The position numbers and the translations under genes were made by a program. Below are positions 26,546 through 38,893 of a stretch of DNA of 64,000 nt, piece after piece. Each line of letters begins with the position of its first letter. Position 1 is the first letter of the stretch. Below the pieces are notes generated by a model. That model saw only the letters and a list, made by a program, of their open reading frames with translations, ran no database searches and was not told where the DNA came from. Origin of the DNA: Octopus vulgaris (lineage: Eukaryota); NCBI GenBank assembly GCA_951406725.2, contig OX597818.1:45012001-45076000 (forward strand), read 5' to 3'.

Positions 26546-26595
26546 GTGAAAGGTAGATTGTCTGATGCCTGCTATGCTACATGGTAGTGAAACCT
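26415..26595 (+). mobile_element. Second RTE fragment with an internal (TC)29 expansion
   Basis: Colinear with 25150-25290. Confidence 0.8.
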
Positions 26596-26649
26596 TCTCT
26601 TCTTTTTCTACCTATATATCTGCATTGTAGAAAAGCATTTTTTTTAACT

Positions 26650-26881
26650 CTGCAAAAGCAAAGTAGGTCATGCCTGCCAAGGTTAAAACTATGAAAATTA
26701 CCATCTTTTAACATGTATAAGGAACCCTTTTTTTTCAAAAATTAGGTTAAAAAAATATGGGAGTTTCTTATACATGGATAGTATCATAATCCCTTACAAA
26801 ACTGTTTTTCCAAATTTTAAACCCCCAAAATTAAGGGGTTCCTTATACACAAGGATTCCTTATACAAGATAAAATACGGTA
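26650..26881. mobile_element. pogo/Tigger-like MITE end
   Basis: Repeated cttatac sub-terminal motifs and terminus aaaatacgg|TA. Confidence 0.55.
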
Positions 26882-26889
26882 ATTATATT

Positions 26890-27070
26890 CTCTTCTACTT
26901 TAGGCACAAGGCCTGAAATTTTGGGGGAGGGTGCAAGTCGATTAGATTGACCCCAGTATGCAATTGGTACTTAATTTATTGACCCTGAAGGGATGAAAGG
27001 CAAAGCTGATCTTGCTGGAATTTCAACTCAGAATATAAAGAACTAACTTTTCTGCCAGCTCGCTGCTTTA
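26890..27070 (-). mobile_element. SINE family B, short-tail variant
   Basis: Consensus match with internal deletion. Confidence 0.8.
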
Positions 27071-28386
27071 ATATGGTAATTATATTAAAGAAAGTAAATG
27101 ATTCCCAATATATTTTATAAATGTTAATATTAATCCACAGAACTCAGTATATAACTTAGTAAATATTTACTCAATGTTTGAGAGGTACAATTTTCACTGC
27201 CTTTCAAGTTCAATGTATATACTAGGCATACCTTCAATTAAACCACATGCAATCAGTTTAGTAGGCTTCTTAATAATACATTAAATATAGTTGCCCTTGA
27301 AGACATTGAATGCTGCCTCTGTTCAGTATTATTACAGGAGTGACCACATGTCTGAGGACTGCACCATGCTCCATTGTCTAGTTTGGTATAGTTTCTATTG
27401 CTTGGTACCCTTCCTAATATCAATCATTTTACGGTGTGTACTGTGTGCTTTTTTCATAGCATCAGCACTAGTCAGGTTGTGATGCAGCATTCAAGACTAA
27501 GCTCCTTTTGACTGACTGAGTGGGGTTAGGGTTAGGGGCTGAGTGGGGGTGGGGTTAGGGCTGAGTGGGGCTAAAGGAGTGAGAGAAGCAGCTTTATGTT
27601 AGGAGATGAGGGGTTAAAGAATGAGAGAAAGAGCTAAAGCAGAATAGTTTCTTGCTGTAGAGGAACTACATGGTTATTCACTTTATTATAGAGAGGGTGA
27701 GAGAAACAGAGAGAGATAAAAGTAGCAATGATGAGGTGTTAGGGCAGGCCCTTAAATTATGAGATAAGGAAATGCGAGTTAGGACAGAAAAACAGAGAGT
27801 GTGGGTGAGTAAAATATGCAAGAATGTTTGACGGGAATGAGAGATGCGGAATGGGTGAGAGGATGACTATAATGAATGAAGAACAAGTGTTGCAGGATGA
27901 TAAGTATATTTTGGAGGGAAGGTAGGAAAGTGTAGGCAATGAGTGTAGAGATTGAGTAGGATTGAGAGGTGGATGGAGTGAATGGTAGATATGATGTGAG
28001 GCTAATCATTAATGCTTAGGAATTGAGAGATGTAGAGGAGAGCAAGACATAACTGACAGTGCAGAAAGAGATAAAGAGTAGCAGAATAGTAATTATGGCA
28101 TGTTAATCAAGGATGGATTAGAGAGGATGAGAGAAAGGAAGTGTGAGGATGAAAGAGGGAGAGAGAGAGATGATATGTAATTGGGTAGGATGTAACAGTG
28201 TGAGGGTGAGAAGCAGGCATAGTGCATAGGAAGAGTGAGAGATGTATGGTGGTAGAGGAGAGATAATACAGTGTCACTGAAGAGTGATCAATGTAAAATG
28301 TGGATGGAGAGGGACAGTGTTAAGAATGAGGGGTCAATCTCAAGCAAAATGGTTTTGGGTAGTGAGAAAGGTAAGTGGTATTAGAA

Positions 28387-28617
28387 GGCGGCGAGCTGGC
28401 AGAAACGTCAGCACGCTGGGCAAAATGCTTAGCGGTATTTCGTCTGCCGTTACATTGTGAGTTCAAATTCCGCCGAGGTCGACTTTGTCTTTCATCCTTT
28501 CGGGGTCGATAAATTAAGTACCACTTACACACTGGGGTCGATGTAATCGACTTAATACCTATGTCTGTCCTTGTTTGTCCCATCTGTGTTTAGCCCCTTG
28601 TGGGTAATAAAGAAATA
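28387..28617 (+). mobile_element. Young full-length SINE family B with TSD ggtattaga
   Basis: CpGs retained; TSD at 28377-28385 and 28618-28626. Confidence 0.9.
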
Positions 28618-29019
28618 GGTATTAGAGAAGATCTGGTAAGGTATACAGTTCTGCTCACTTTTAATTATTGTAAAAGAATACTGTTGTTTGAGAGATGGTT
28701 GGTGATGGAGGTGGCTTGAGAAAATTTTGTGATGGGCCCAGTTGTATATTCACACACAGATGCGCGCATGCACACACACACATGTCTGTATGCATGTGTA
28801 CTATGCTTACAGAACCTCAGTTTTACTGAGATGGGTGTGTTTTCTTGAACATCACTTATCACAAGTAATTCTGGGTCGCCCTCTTCCACTATCACCATCC
28901 ACATTAAGTGATTGGCACTTACATACATGCAAACATATATCCATACATCCATCCATCCATACATACATATGTATACACATACACACATGTATGTATGTAT
29001 GTATATATATATGTGTGTG

Positions 29020-29056
<37 letters not shown>

Positions 29057-29177
29057 CAACAATAAAGGAACGGCCATAATAGGCCATTCACCCACTAGAA
29101 ATAACAGCCAAAGCTTCAACCGCAAATAAAAGTTAATTCAGTAAACCAGGAGAAAATTTAAAAACATTTACCCTGTA

Positions 29178-29284
29178 ATTTCTTATACGATATACCGTTT
29201 CATCTGCTGATTAATGGTAAACTAACCTGATTAAATTAAATCAAGCCAATCTTCCACAGGCCCTCAGATTCTTCAGTAAGAAAT
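29178..29284 (-). ncRNA. Type I hammerhead ribozyme, left-arm copy
   Basis: Reverse complement of 29992-30098. Confidence 0.8.
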
Positions 29285-29991
29285 AGCCCAAGACGGAACA
29301 GATATTTTCACGAGGCATTTCCGACGTTGCCAAGTTAATATCTGACCTAAAATTTTCAAATCGTCGCACTCGCGCCAAATTTATCGGCAGCAAATAAATA
29401 TAAGCCGTCGATTCCATTACGGAATTAACCAGAAAATTCATAATTAATCAATATAGGGTGGCAAAAAAAATTTTGTAGAATTCTTTTGCCACCAGCGGCC
29501 TAGTAGGAAAAAATTAAAATAGTCATAGACCATTTTTAAGTTCAACATCAACAATAAAGGAACGGCCATAATAGGCCATTCACCCACTAGAAATAACAGC
29601 CAAAGCTTCAACCGCAAATAAAAGTTAATTCAGTAAACCAGGAGAAAATTTAAAAAACATTTACCCTATTTGGCGCGAGTGCAACGATTTGAAAATTTTA
29701 GGTCAGATATTAACTTGGCAACGTCGGAAATGCCTCGGAAATGGTCTATGACTATTTTAATTTTTTCCTACTAGGCCGCTGGTGGCAAAAGAATTCTACA
29801 AAATTTTTTTTTTGCCACCCTATATTGATTAATTATGAATTTTCTGGTTAATTCCGTAATGGAATCGACGGCTTATATTTATTTGCTGCCGATAAATTTG
29901 GCGCGAGTGCGACGATTTGAAAATTTTAGGTCAGATATTAACTTGGCAACGTCGGAAATGCCTCGTGAAAATATCTGTTCCGTCTTGGGCT

Positions 29992-30098
29992 ATTTCTTAC
30001 TGAAGAATCTGAGGGCCTGTGGAAGATTGGCTTGATTTAATTTAATCAGGTTAGTTTACCATTAATCAGCAGATGAAACGGTATATCGTATAAGAAAT
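29992..30098 (+). ncRNA. Type I hammerhead ribozyme with extended stem II
   Basis: Stem I ATTTCTTA/TAAGAAAT (8 bp); core CTGAAGA 30000-30006; stem II ATCTG/CAGAT; GAAA 30075-30078; stem III ACGG-tata-TCGT; cleavage triplet GTA (cut after 30090). Confidence 0.8.
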
Positions 30099-30326
30099 TA
30101 CAGGGTAAATGTTTTTTAAATTTTCTCCTGGTTTACTGAATTAACTTTTATTTGCGGTTGAAGCTTTGGCTGTTATTTCTAGTGGGTGAATGGCCTATTA
30201 TGGCCGTTCCTTTATTGTTGATGTTGAACTTAAAAATGGTCTATGACTATTTTAATTTTTTCCTACTAGGCCGCTGGTGGCAAAAGAATTCTACAAAATT
30301 TTTTTTGCCACCCTATATTGATTAAT

Positions 30327-30358
<32 letters not shown>

Positions 30359-30381
30359 TATATATATGAGAGAGAGAGTGA

Positions 30382-30675
30382 CCCCCTTCAGTCATGAATG
30401 ACCATGGGATTGCACCTAGAAAGTTACCCTCCAAGGCACAAGTCTGGGCAAGGTTGTTTATGGAAGACCAGCAGTCGCCCATGCATACCAGCCTCCCTTC
30501 TCCACACCACTGATGTTATCCAAGGGAAAGGCAAAGGCTGATACAGCTTGGCACCTGTGATGTCGCAACTCATTTCTACAGCTGAGTTAACTGGAGCAAC
30601 ATGAAATAAAGTGTCTTGCTCAAGAACACAACACGCAGCCCAGTCCGGGAATCAAACTCACAACCTCACAATCAT
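30382..30675 (-). mobile_element. SINE family E
   Basis: Colinear with 23732-24050. Confidence 0.8.
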
Positions 30676-31147
30676 ATATACATACATAAGTATATATGTA
30701 TATATATGTGTGTGTATATATATGTATGTATTTATATATACCGTAGTCCTTTGGCTTTTGAACAACTCTGATCATGAATAAATCATGCTATGCATATGTA
30801 TATATTATATATAATATAAAGCACAATTTATTCATGATCAGTGGCATTCATAGATCAAGATACTACTGTGTATATATATATATATATATATATATGAATG
30901 TATTGAATAATTGTGGAGATCTCTTTGACATTAAACCATTGGTTGCCTTGTTAATCCAAATACAAAGAACACTCACTCTCACTATTCAATACTAGCACGT
31001 GTGTATAAATCTATTTCATTCATTTGCCCATGGACGATGTGTGTTTATAGTCTTATGGTGATATCTTAAGGTATTTAGAGACATTTGGTATCATCTTCTA
31101 GCATGCAGGTGGGCCTGTACATGTACTAGCTTGCCCTGAACACACAT

Positions 31148-31194
<47 letters not shown>

Positions 31195-31438
31195 TACATG
31201 CATCCAAACACACATGTGCATATCATCATCATCATCATCATTATCTAACGTCCGCTTTCCATGCTAGCATGGTGGAAAATAGCGATTTGACGTCTATATC
31301 TAGCATGTTGACCATCCACTTTTAGTGGTCAGTCCTTTAAATTTTGTATTTATAAAATATTTTAATCTTCGGATTTTTTTAATATGCTGGGCCACTGGTT
31401 TTAATTGATTAATATCAATTTCTACCCTTATTAAATTT

Positions 31439-31498
<60 letters not shown>

Positions 31499-31664
31499 TA
31501 GTGAATGCGAAGCTATAGTAGCAGGCATTGGATGAAAGTGCCACTCAGTAAGACTGAACATATGAGAAGCAAACTTCTTAAACACATTACTTTGCCTATT
31601 AAATACATGAAATACACTACAAGATTCAATAAATACTTGCTGCTTTAATATTTATTAGACACAA

Positions 31665-32475
31665 AGGCAGCGAGCTGGCAGAAATGTTAGCACACCAGGT
31701 GTAATGCTTAGCAGTATTTTGTCTATCTTTACTTTCTGAGTTCAAATTCCACCGAGGCCAACTTTGCTTTTCAACCTTTTGGGGTCAATAAATTAAGTAC
31801 CAGTTGCGTACTGGGGTCAATCTAATCAACTGACACCCTCCCCCAAAATTTTGGGCCTTGTGCCTAGAGTAGAAAAGAACAAATTCCTTCTGACCTATGC
31901 ACATATGGAAAAATGGACATTAAATGGTGATGATGATGTCTCACAGGGATAATGTCTTTATTAATAATTTACTATATCAATGCATACTGCCATTGCTCCA
32001 AGGAATCAATGAATTTAGATTACCATTAATCTTGATTGTGAAAATTAGAAAAATTTTCTGCATCAAATACCATCATTTTTATTGTTATGTATCAATATTT
32101 TACAAACTTTACAAATGTAGAACAATATGTATAACAGACTTAAGGCAGCAAGCTGGTAGAGTCATTAGCATGCAGGTTAAAATGCTGTCTTTACATTATG
32201 AGTTCAAGTTCCACCAAGGTCCACTTTGCCTTTCATCCTATTGGGGTTGATAAAATAAGCACCAATTGAACACAGGGGTTGATGTAATCGACCTACCCTC
32301 TTCCCTGAAATTGCTGGCCTTGTGCCACAATTTAAATCCAGTATGTATGTACACATAAATTTGCACTCTTTCATCCTTTGCGGGGTCAATCAAATAAGTA
32401 CCAAACAGCACTGAGGTCGATGTAATTGGCATATCCCTCCCCAAAAATTGCTGGCCTTGTTCCAAAATTTGAAGC
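31665..32475 (+). mobile_element. Three SINE family B copies (31665-31878, 32143-32340, 32362-32475)
   Basis: Consensus motifs. Confidence 0.75.
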
Positions 32476-32481
32476 CAACAT

Positions 32482-33107
32482 GTATAATAATAATAATAAT
32501 TGTGTACAGTGCTCAGGTGCACTACAACTCATCTAAAGTGTATATATAATCAGGTGTAGTTTCGGCGGATTTTGGAAAGCATGAGGGCCTTAAAGGATGC
32601 AGTGTCATGGCAGTCAACAACTGACGCAGGCAGTTTATTCCATGCTTCAGCAACTCTGAGCGTGAAAAAATGTTTCCGAAAGTCATGGGAGCTGTGTTGT
32701 TTTCTGACTTTGTAGGCATATCCACGTGTGTTAGACACATGAAGATCAAAAAGGTGTTCAGTGTTGTTGTTGGTGAGGTGGTTGATAACTTTGTGGGTGT
32801 TTACCAAGTCCGTCGCCAGACGCCGGAGCTTCAGTGAATCCATGCCCAGGGAAACAAGGCGCTCAGAGTATGGTAGGTGTCTGATGGTAGGTATGCGTTT
32901 GGTTGCACGTCTCTGAACAGATTCCAGGAGGTCAATGTTCTGAGCAAGATAGGGGTTCCAAACTGATGATGCGAATTCCAAGTGTGGTCGTACCATAGCT
33001 GTATACAGTTTTAAATAGATGGCTGGAGAGCAGCTAACAAAAGTCTTGCTGAGTGATGCCAAGACACCCTCGGCCTTCTTGACAATTTTAGAGATATGCT
33101 TGGACTG
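32482..33107 (-). mobile_element. 5'-truncated CR1-group LINE with open C-terminal ORF2 segment and (ATT)n tail
   Basis: ORF 32550..33185: LYTAMVRPHLEFASSVWNP..LESVQRRATK..YSERL..FFTLRVAEAWNKLP; short 3' UTR; taataataa tail at 32482-32500. Confidence 0.92.
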
Positions 33108-33147
33108 TAATTTTTTTTTATTACTAGTTAACCTCATTTTTAGAAAT

Positions 33148-34468
33148 AGAGTCAAGACTATTGAAAAGGTTGCAAGACGCAACAAAAATTTTAGGAAAAT
33201 AAAAATAAGAAATATGTAGAAATTTTACCGGTGAGTGTATTAAATTATAAGGCACAAAAAGAAAATTACTCTCCCCAGACACAACAGTATATCTACTCTA
33301 TTTTTCAGTTTGTTAGATCTCTAGTTGTCATCAGATATATTCCTGGATATGTTTCTTGTACCAGCTTCAACAGAAAGTAAAAAATTTTAATACTAAACTG
33401 AAAGTAATAACACTCTTATCTGTTATGTCACAGATAGAATTCAAACTGAACAAAACATAATCCAGATGGAAATTCTAAAAGATGTTATATTTTTAAAGAT
33501 AAGGTTAAAAGTCCTGAAATTTGTCATCGTATTGAAAACAACTCATCTCAGAGCTTTAGATATTTAATCTACTATTGTCTTTATATATATATTTCTTTTA
33601 GCATTTCTTTTATTCAGCTTTTCTTTTGTCCAGTTTTTGCTGTCCTAAAGAATACACACACACACTAACATGCATACAAACATCTACAGAGATATATACA
33701 TATACATATATATGCATATGCACACTCACATACATAAGTAAGTAAGCAGATCTCCAATGGTCTCAGAAATGATTATTCAGTTGGTGATCAACTCAAACGC
33801 CTACGTGTAAATAGCATGTATTTATGAGTAGGCTGAGATCTCACAGATGCATGTATCCTTAATGTAACAAACTTTTTGACCATTCAGTTGTGCTATGTTC
33901 ACCTCACCACCACCACACACATGAATACGAATATAAAATCCATGCATGCTTATTATATTTTGTTTTGGGATTTGGTTTGCAAGATTCTATTGTGTCTGGG
34001 GAGAGTTATTTTCTATTTGTGCTTTATAATTTAACACACTCACTGGTAAAATTTCCACTTAATTCTTATTTTTATTTTCCTAAAATTTTCATTGTGACTT
34101 GTAACCTTTTCAATAGTCTTGACTCTGTCCGTTATTTACACTCTCTTATTATGAGCGGTTACAGCTTCCTACATACTGTGAGTTCTTGTTTCTTTGTCCT
34201 TGGGGTTATCCTTCTGACAGATTTCTATGTATGTATGTATCTATTTATGTATATATCATCATCATCATCATCATTTAACATCCATTTTCCATGCTAGCAC
34301 GGGTTGGACGGTTCGCCCGGGGTCTGGAAAGCCAGTGGGCTGCACTAGGCTCCAATCTGATCTGGCAGTGTTTCTACAGCTGGATGCCCTTCCTAACGCC
34401 AACCACTCCATGAGTGTAGTGGGTGCTTTTTACGTGCCACCGGTACAGAAGCCAGTCAAGGCAGCGCT

Positions 34469-34550
<82 letters not shown>

Positions 34551-34615
34551 TGTGTGTGTGTAAATAATGGACAGAGTCAAGACTAATGAAAAGGTTGCAA
34601 GATGCGATGAAAATC
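33148..34615. repeat. Three copies of an unclassified repeat in alternating orientation (33148-33284 +, 33990-34141 -, 34560-34615 +)
   Basis: agagtcaagactattgaaaaggttgcaagacgc and its reverse complement. Confidence 0.75.
34255..34470 (-). mobile_element. Family C (RTE 3'-end) copy
   Basis: Consensus match. Confidence 0.85.
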
Positions 34616-35060
34616 CAAGCATGTGTTTTATTGTATATTTGGAGAGTGCACTTAATTGTAGATATTTCCATTCCATTCACCAAGCTGTTGGAAACAGAGA
34701 CACAACATTCTGGAAAACCATTCCAAAAGAAAGACTGGTGTTTTATCCTGGTATTGATTTATACCTTTTCTGGTTTATGTCATAAGACTAAAGATTGGTA
34801 CCAATTTTCTAGTGCACCCTGGAGTTACCACAGCAATTTGTTTTGTGTGCATATGTATGTATGTATAGATACATGAATAAAAGTTTGTCATGATGATGCA
34901 CAATTATGAATCACTATATGTGTATTACATGAAATAGCCAGTAGCTTCTGGAAAGGACCTCATGTAGTACAGTTGCTACATGTTCAGCGAATTAATCTCG
35001 TTACTAACAAACAGCTTCTGATTCATCGTACAGAAGAATCACTGCAGTGATTGATAACAC

Positions 35061-35915
<855 letters not shown>

Positions 35916-36430
35916 TTGACTAAAGGCGGTGCTCCAGCATGGCCACAGTCAAATGACTAAAACAAGTAAAAGAATAAAAAAAGCTATGACATTTTAATCC
36001 TGAGCAACACCGGGTATCTCTGCAAGTAAAACCATAAAATGACTTTCTTAAACATCAGATGGTTATGAAGGTATATCCAAGTGAAACAGGAATGAAGGGG
36101 ATCCAGAGGAAAAAATGGTTGAGAAACACTGATCTAACCCATGCTGGCATAGAAAAATGGACACAAAACAGAAAAATGAATGAATATTTTACTCTTTGCT
36201 CAAGATTAAAGAAACTTTTGTTAGATAAGGAATTAGATGGTATTATTTAGCAATGGCATTCATGACAAACAATGGCTTAGCTTAGTGCTAACATTCTTTA
36301 TGTTATTGAGGAAAATGTTTTGTAGTTAATTAAGATTACTCTTGCAATGAGATGTGTGACCTGGTGGTTAACAGGATTGCACTCATGCTTGCAAGATCAG
36401 AGATTTTGATTCTTGGATCAGGTGGTGCAT

Positions 36431-37026
36431 CTGAGGAATTACCACCGTGTTTCGTGGTCTGCTACCACAACAGCTCCTTTATAGGATCCAGTTAGCTCAA
36501 GACATCATCAGGAGGAACCACGTCCAGTTTTGGCCCCTACTCCTCTGCCGTTTTGACGTGGTGGGGCACACCCTTTCGGAGGTGTCTTCAGCTCTGGTGT
36601 TGGGTGCATGTCTTTTTTCTTCTTTCTTCTGTTCCCTGGCCGCTTTGATGTAGCGTCAGTGAGTATCAGCCAGTGACTGACTGACTTGTCAAATTTTTTC
36701 CCTTTAAATACCTGCCACTAGGCTCCAGCAGGCAACCCCAGCAAGTTGCCACATGAAACTGTCTCACCTTAACTGACCAGTGAAGGCGCGAAGTCTTAGC
36801 CCGCGCATTCTCTAAACGACCGTCACCTGTCAGTCAGCGAAGCTGATTCAGTGTCAACTTGTCTCACCTAGTGATGTTATTTCCCGCCGGTATGTTATGA
36901 CTTTCAAGCCATTTTTGGTCTTCCCGCTTCAGGCATATATAGAAGCTGACTTTATGACCGCCCCCTGTACTGTCCTTATTAGTTTTCGCAGCTCGGAGCT
37001 AGAAAAAACAAATCTTCTTTTGAATA
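36431..37026 (-). mobile_element. GC-rich ~600-bp non-autonomous element nested in an old tRNA-SINE; one end shared with 57870-58110
   Basis: Host SINE reads ggtggtgcat|..|gcattgt..ttgagcaagacact; catcatcaggaggaaccacgtcc shared in reverse with ~58030; strand is a guess. Confidence 0.6.
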
Positions 37027-37155
37027 GCATTGTCATTAGGTTTTGAGCAAGACACTTTGTTTTACATTGCTCCGGTCAACTCACCTGCAAAGGAGTAACC
37101 CTGGAACAAACAGATGACCCGTTCAGGGAGGATGTTGTCATCTTAGTCATTGTAT

Positions 37156-37530
37156 ATCATCATCATCATCGTCGTCATCATTTAACGTCTGTTGTCCATG
37201 CTGGCAAGGGTTGGACGGTTTGACCAGGCTGGCATGCTGGAAGGCTGCACCCAGTTCCAGTCTGATTTGGCATGGTTTTCTATGGCTAGATGCCCTCCCT
37301 AATGCCAACCACTTCAAGAGTGTAATGGGTGCTTTTTACATGCCACCAGCATGGGTGCCATTTGCGTGACACTAGGGTGCTTTTATGCGCCACTGGTATA
37401 TTTATGTGACATTGGTATATTTATGTAACATTGGTATCTGCTACAACTGTCATTTTGCTTGGCTTGATGGGTCTTCTTCTCAAGCACGACATAATGCCAA
37501 AGGTCCTGGTCATTTCCTCCATGAGACCCA
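37156..37530 (-). mobile_element. Family C (RTE 3' UTR) copy
   Basis: Matches 25800-26083 in reverse. Confidence 0.8.
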
Positions 37531-37893
37531 ACACCATGGAAATAGAATAATCAGCCCCTTGAGTTCAAGGAGTCAAAGCAGTAATGCCCTGAGATTGATG
37601 ATGAGAATGCTGAATGAGAGGAAGATAACATAGGTTTCTCACGTTAATCAAATCTGGTCAAGATAAAGGACTTATAACATTGAGATTACAATTAAGAATC
37701 ATTAGAATTACTTGTGCTACAAGGAAATGAAAACATTAGCTTCAGGACTAATGCTAATTTGATATAATCTTTGGTAAGTACAACAGGAATTTCTGGCAAG
37801 TTTCAACCTTATGAGATCTCTTCAGCAAAGTACAGCCTTTCCAGTGTTTGCCAGATCTTGTAATTGAGAATCACTATAAAGAAGTTCAAAAAA

Positions 37894-38257
37894 TCTCTCT
37901 GTATATAAACAGCAAAATGCCTGTGTGTGTGTCCTTTATACAAATCCACAATTTTTCAGTTAGAGGGCCCACACTTTCTATAGTCATTCAAAACCATCCA
38001 AGGGTGGTCGTGCACATCCTTACATTTCCTGAGTCACCCTGCAAAGCCATTAAAAAATCAATAGAAGTAACTTTTTCGAGAATTTTCTATCCAAAACCCA
38101 ATCAAAATGCCCGAAACTTGATATGCCAATTGAATGCCAGCTAACTGTATTTGATTGGTCAGAGATTTGAACAGTACTTGTGTGTATGTGTGCACACATG
38201 CAGCTGTATATGCATGCACTAGCGCTATGACCCAGCGTTGTCGGGTCATAGTGCTAG
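37894..38257 (+). mobile_element. Complete non-autonomous Helitron
   Basis: a|TCTCTCTGTATATAAA ... hairpin CTATGACCC/GGGTCATAG (38225-38251) ... CTAG|t; inserted between A and T with no TSD. Confidence 0.85.
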
Positions 38258-38893
38258 TATAGTATAAAACTCATCAACAAAAATTTGGTGATGAGGATGG
38301 GGTTTAATCTCGGTGAATTTAAGAATGATGATGATAATGAGAGCCACAGTGATAGCAATGGTGATAAGTAGTGTTTATACAAGACAGTTTCTCAGTATCT
38401 AACTATATTTCACATTTCAATGAATATGTTAGATAATGCAGGGCATTCATTCAAGTCTAATGTAGATCTAATTTATGGAATTACTTTTTATTTGCCCTCC
38501 TCATACATACATACATACATACATACTGCATACATAAATACTTTTATATCTATACATGTATGCATACATTTACATATAAATCAAGTGGAAGGAGATGGTA
38601 TATTCTATTAGATTCTCACATATAAACAGCATTTCAAGAAGCAAATCTACTCAAGAGTGAAAGACAGAAAAGGAAACGTTACATAAAGTGTTCTAGATAT
38701 ATATGTAAGCTGAATAGTTAAATTTCATTGAGAGAGAGAGAGAGAGAGAGAGAAAGGACGGAGAGAAAGGGGCAAAGAGAAAGTGAGTTGTATAATGGAA
38801 ACATTTGAATTAAGAACGAAATATTTTTTTAAAATCTTCTACACGAATAAATCATTATCGTCATCATCATCACTATTATTATTTTTATTATTA

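Larger units (their letters stand above)
29055..30329. mobile_element. Young non-coding, head-to-head inverted, hammerhead-bearing element (retrozyme / non-autonomous Penelope-like) in (TA)n
   Basis: ~492-bp period (atcaacaataaagg at 29055 and 29547); left arm 29055-29667, 70-bp patch 29668-29737, right arm 29739-30329; arms near identical; TA tracts on both sides. Confidence 0.85.

Noticed and set aside
27520-27572. TTAGGG telomeric repeats / G-rich patch
   Set aside because: Only about three scattered units; too short to call an interstitial telomere
27590-28380. Strongly purine-skewed stretch
   Set aside because: Low-complexity GA-rich decay, partly matching repeat pieces at 14700 and 16990; no structure identified
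29241-30035. Identical 66-aa ORF on both strands
   Set aside because: A consequence of the inverted duplication; no recognisable domain, and it overlaps the ribozyme
29055-30329. Interpretation as a long-TIR DNA transposon or foldback element
   Set aside because: The two outer ends are different positions of the monomer, so the termini are not inverted copies of each other; the internal tandem period and hammerheads point to an RNA intermediate
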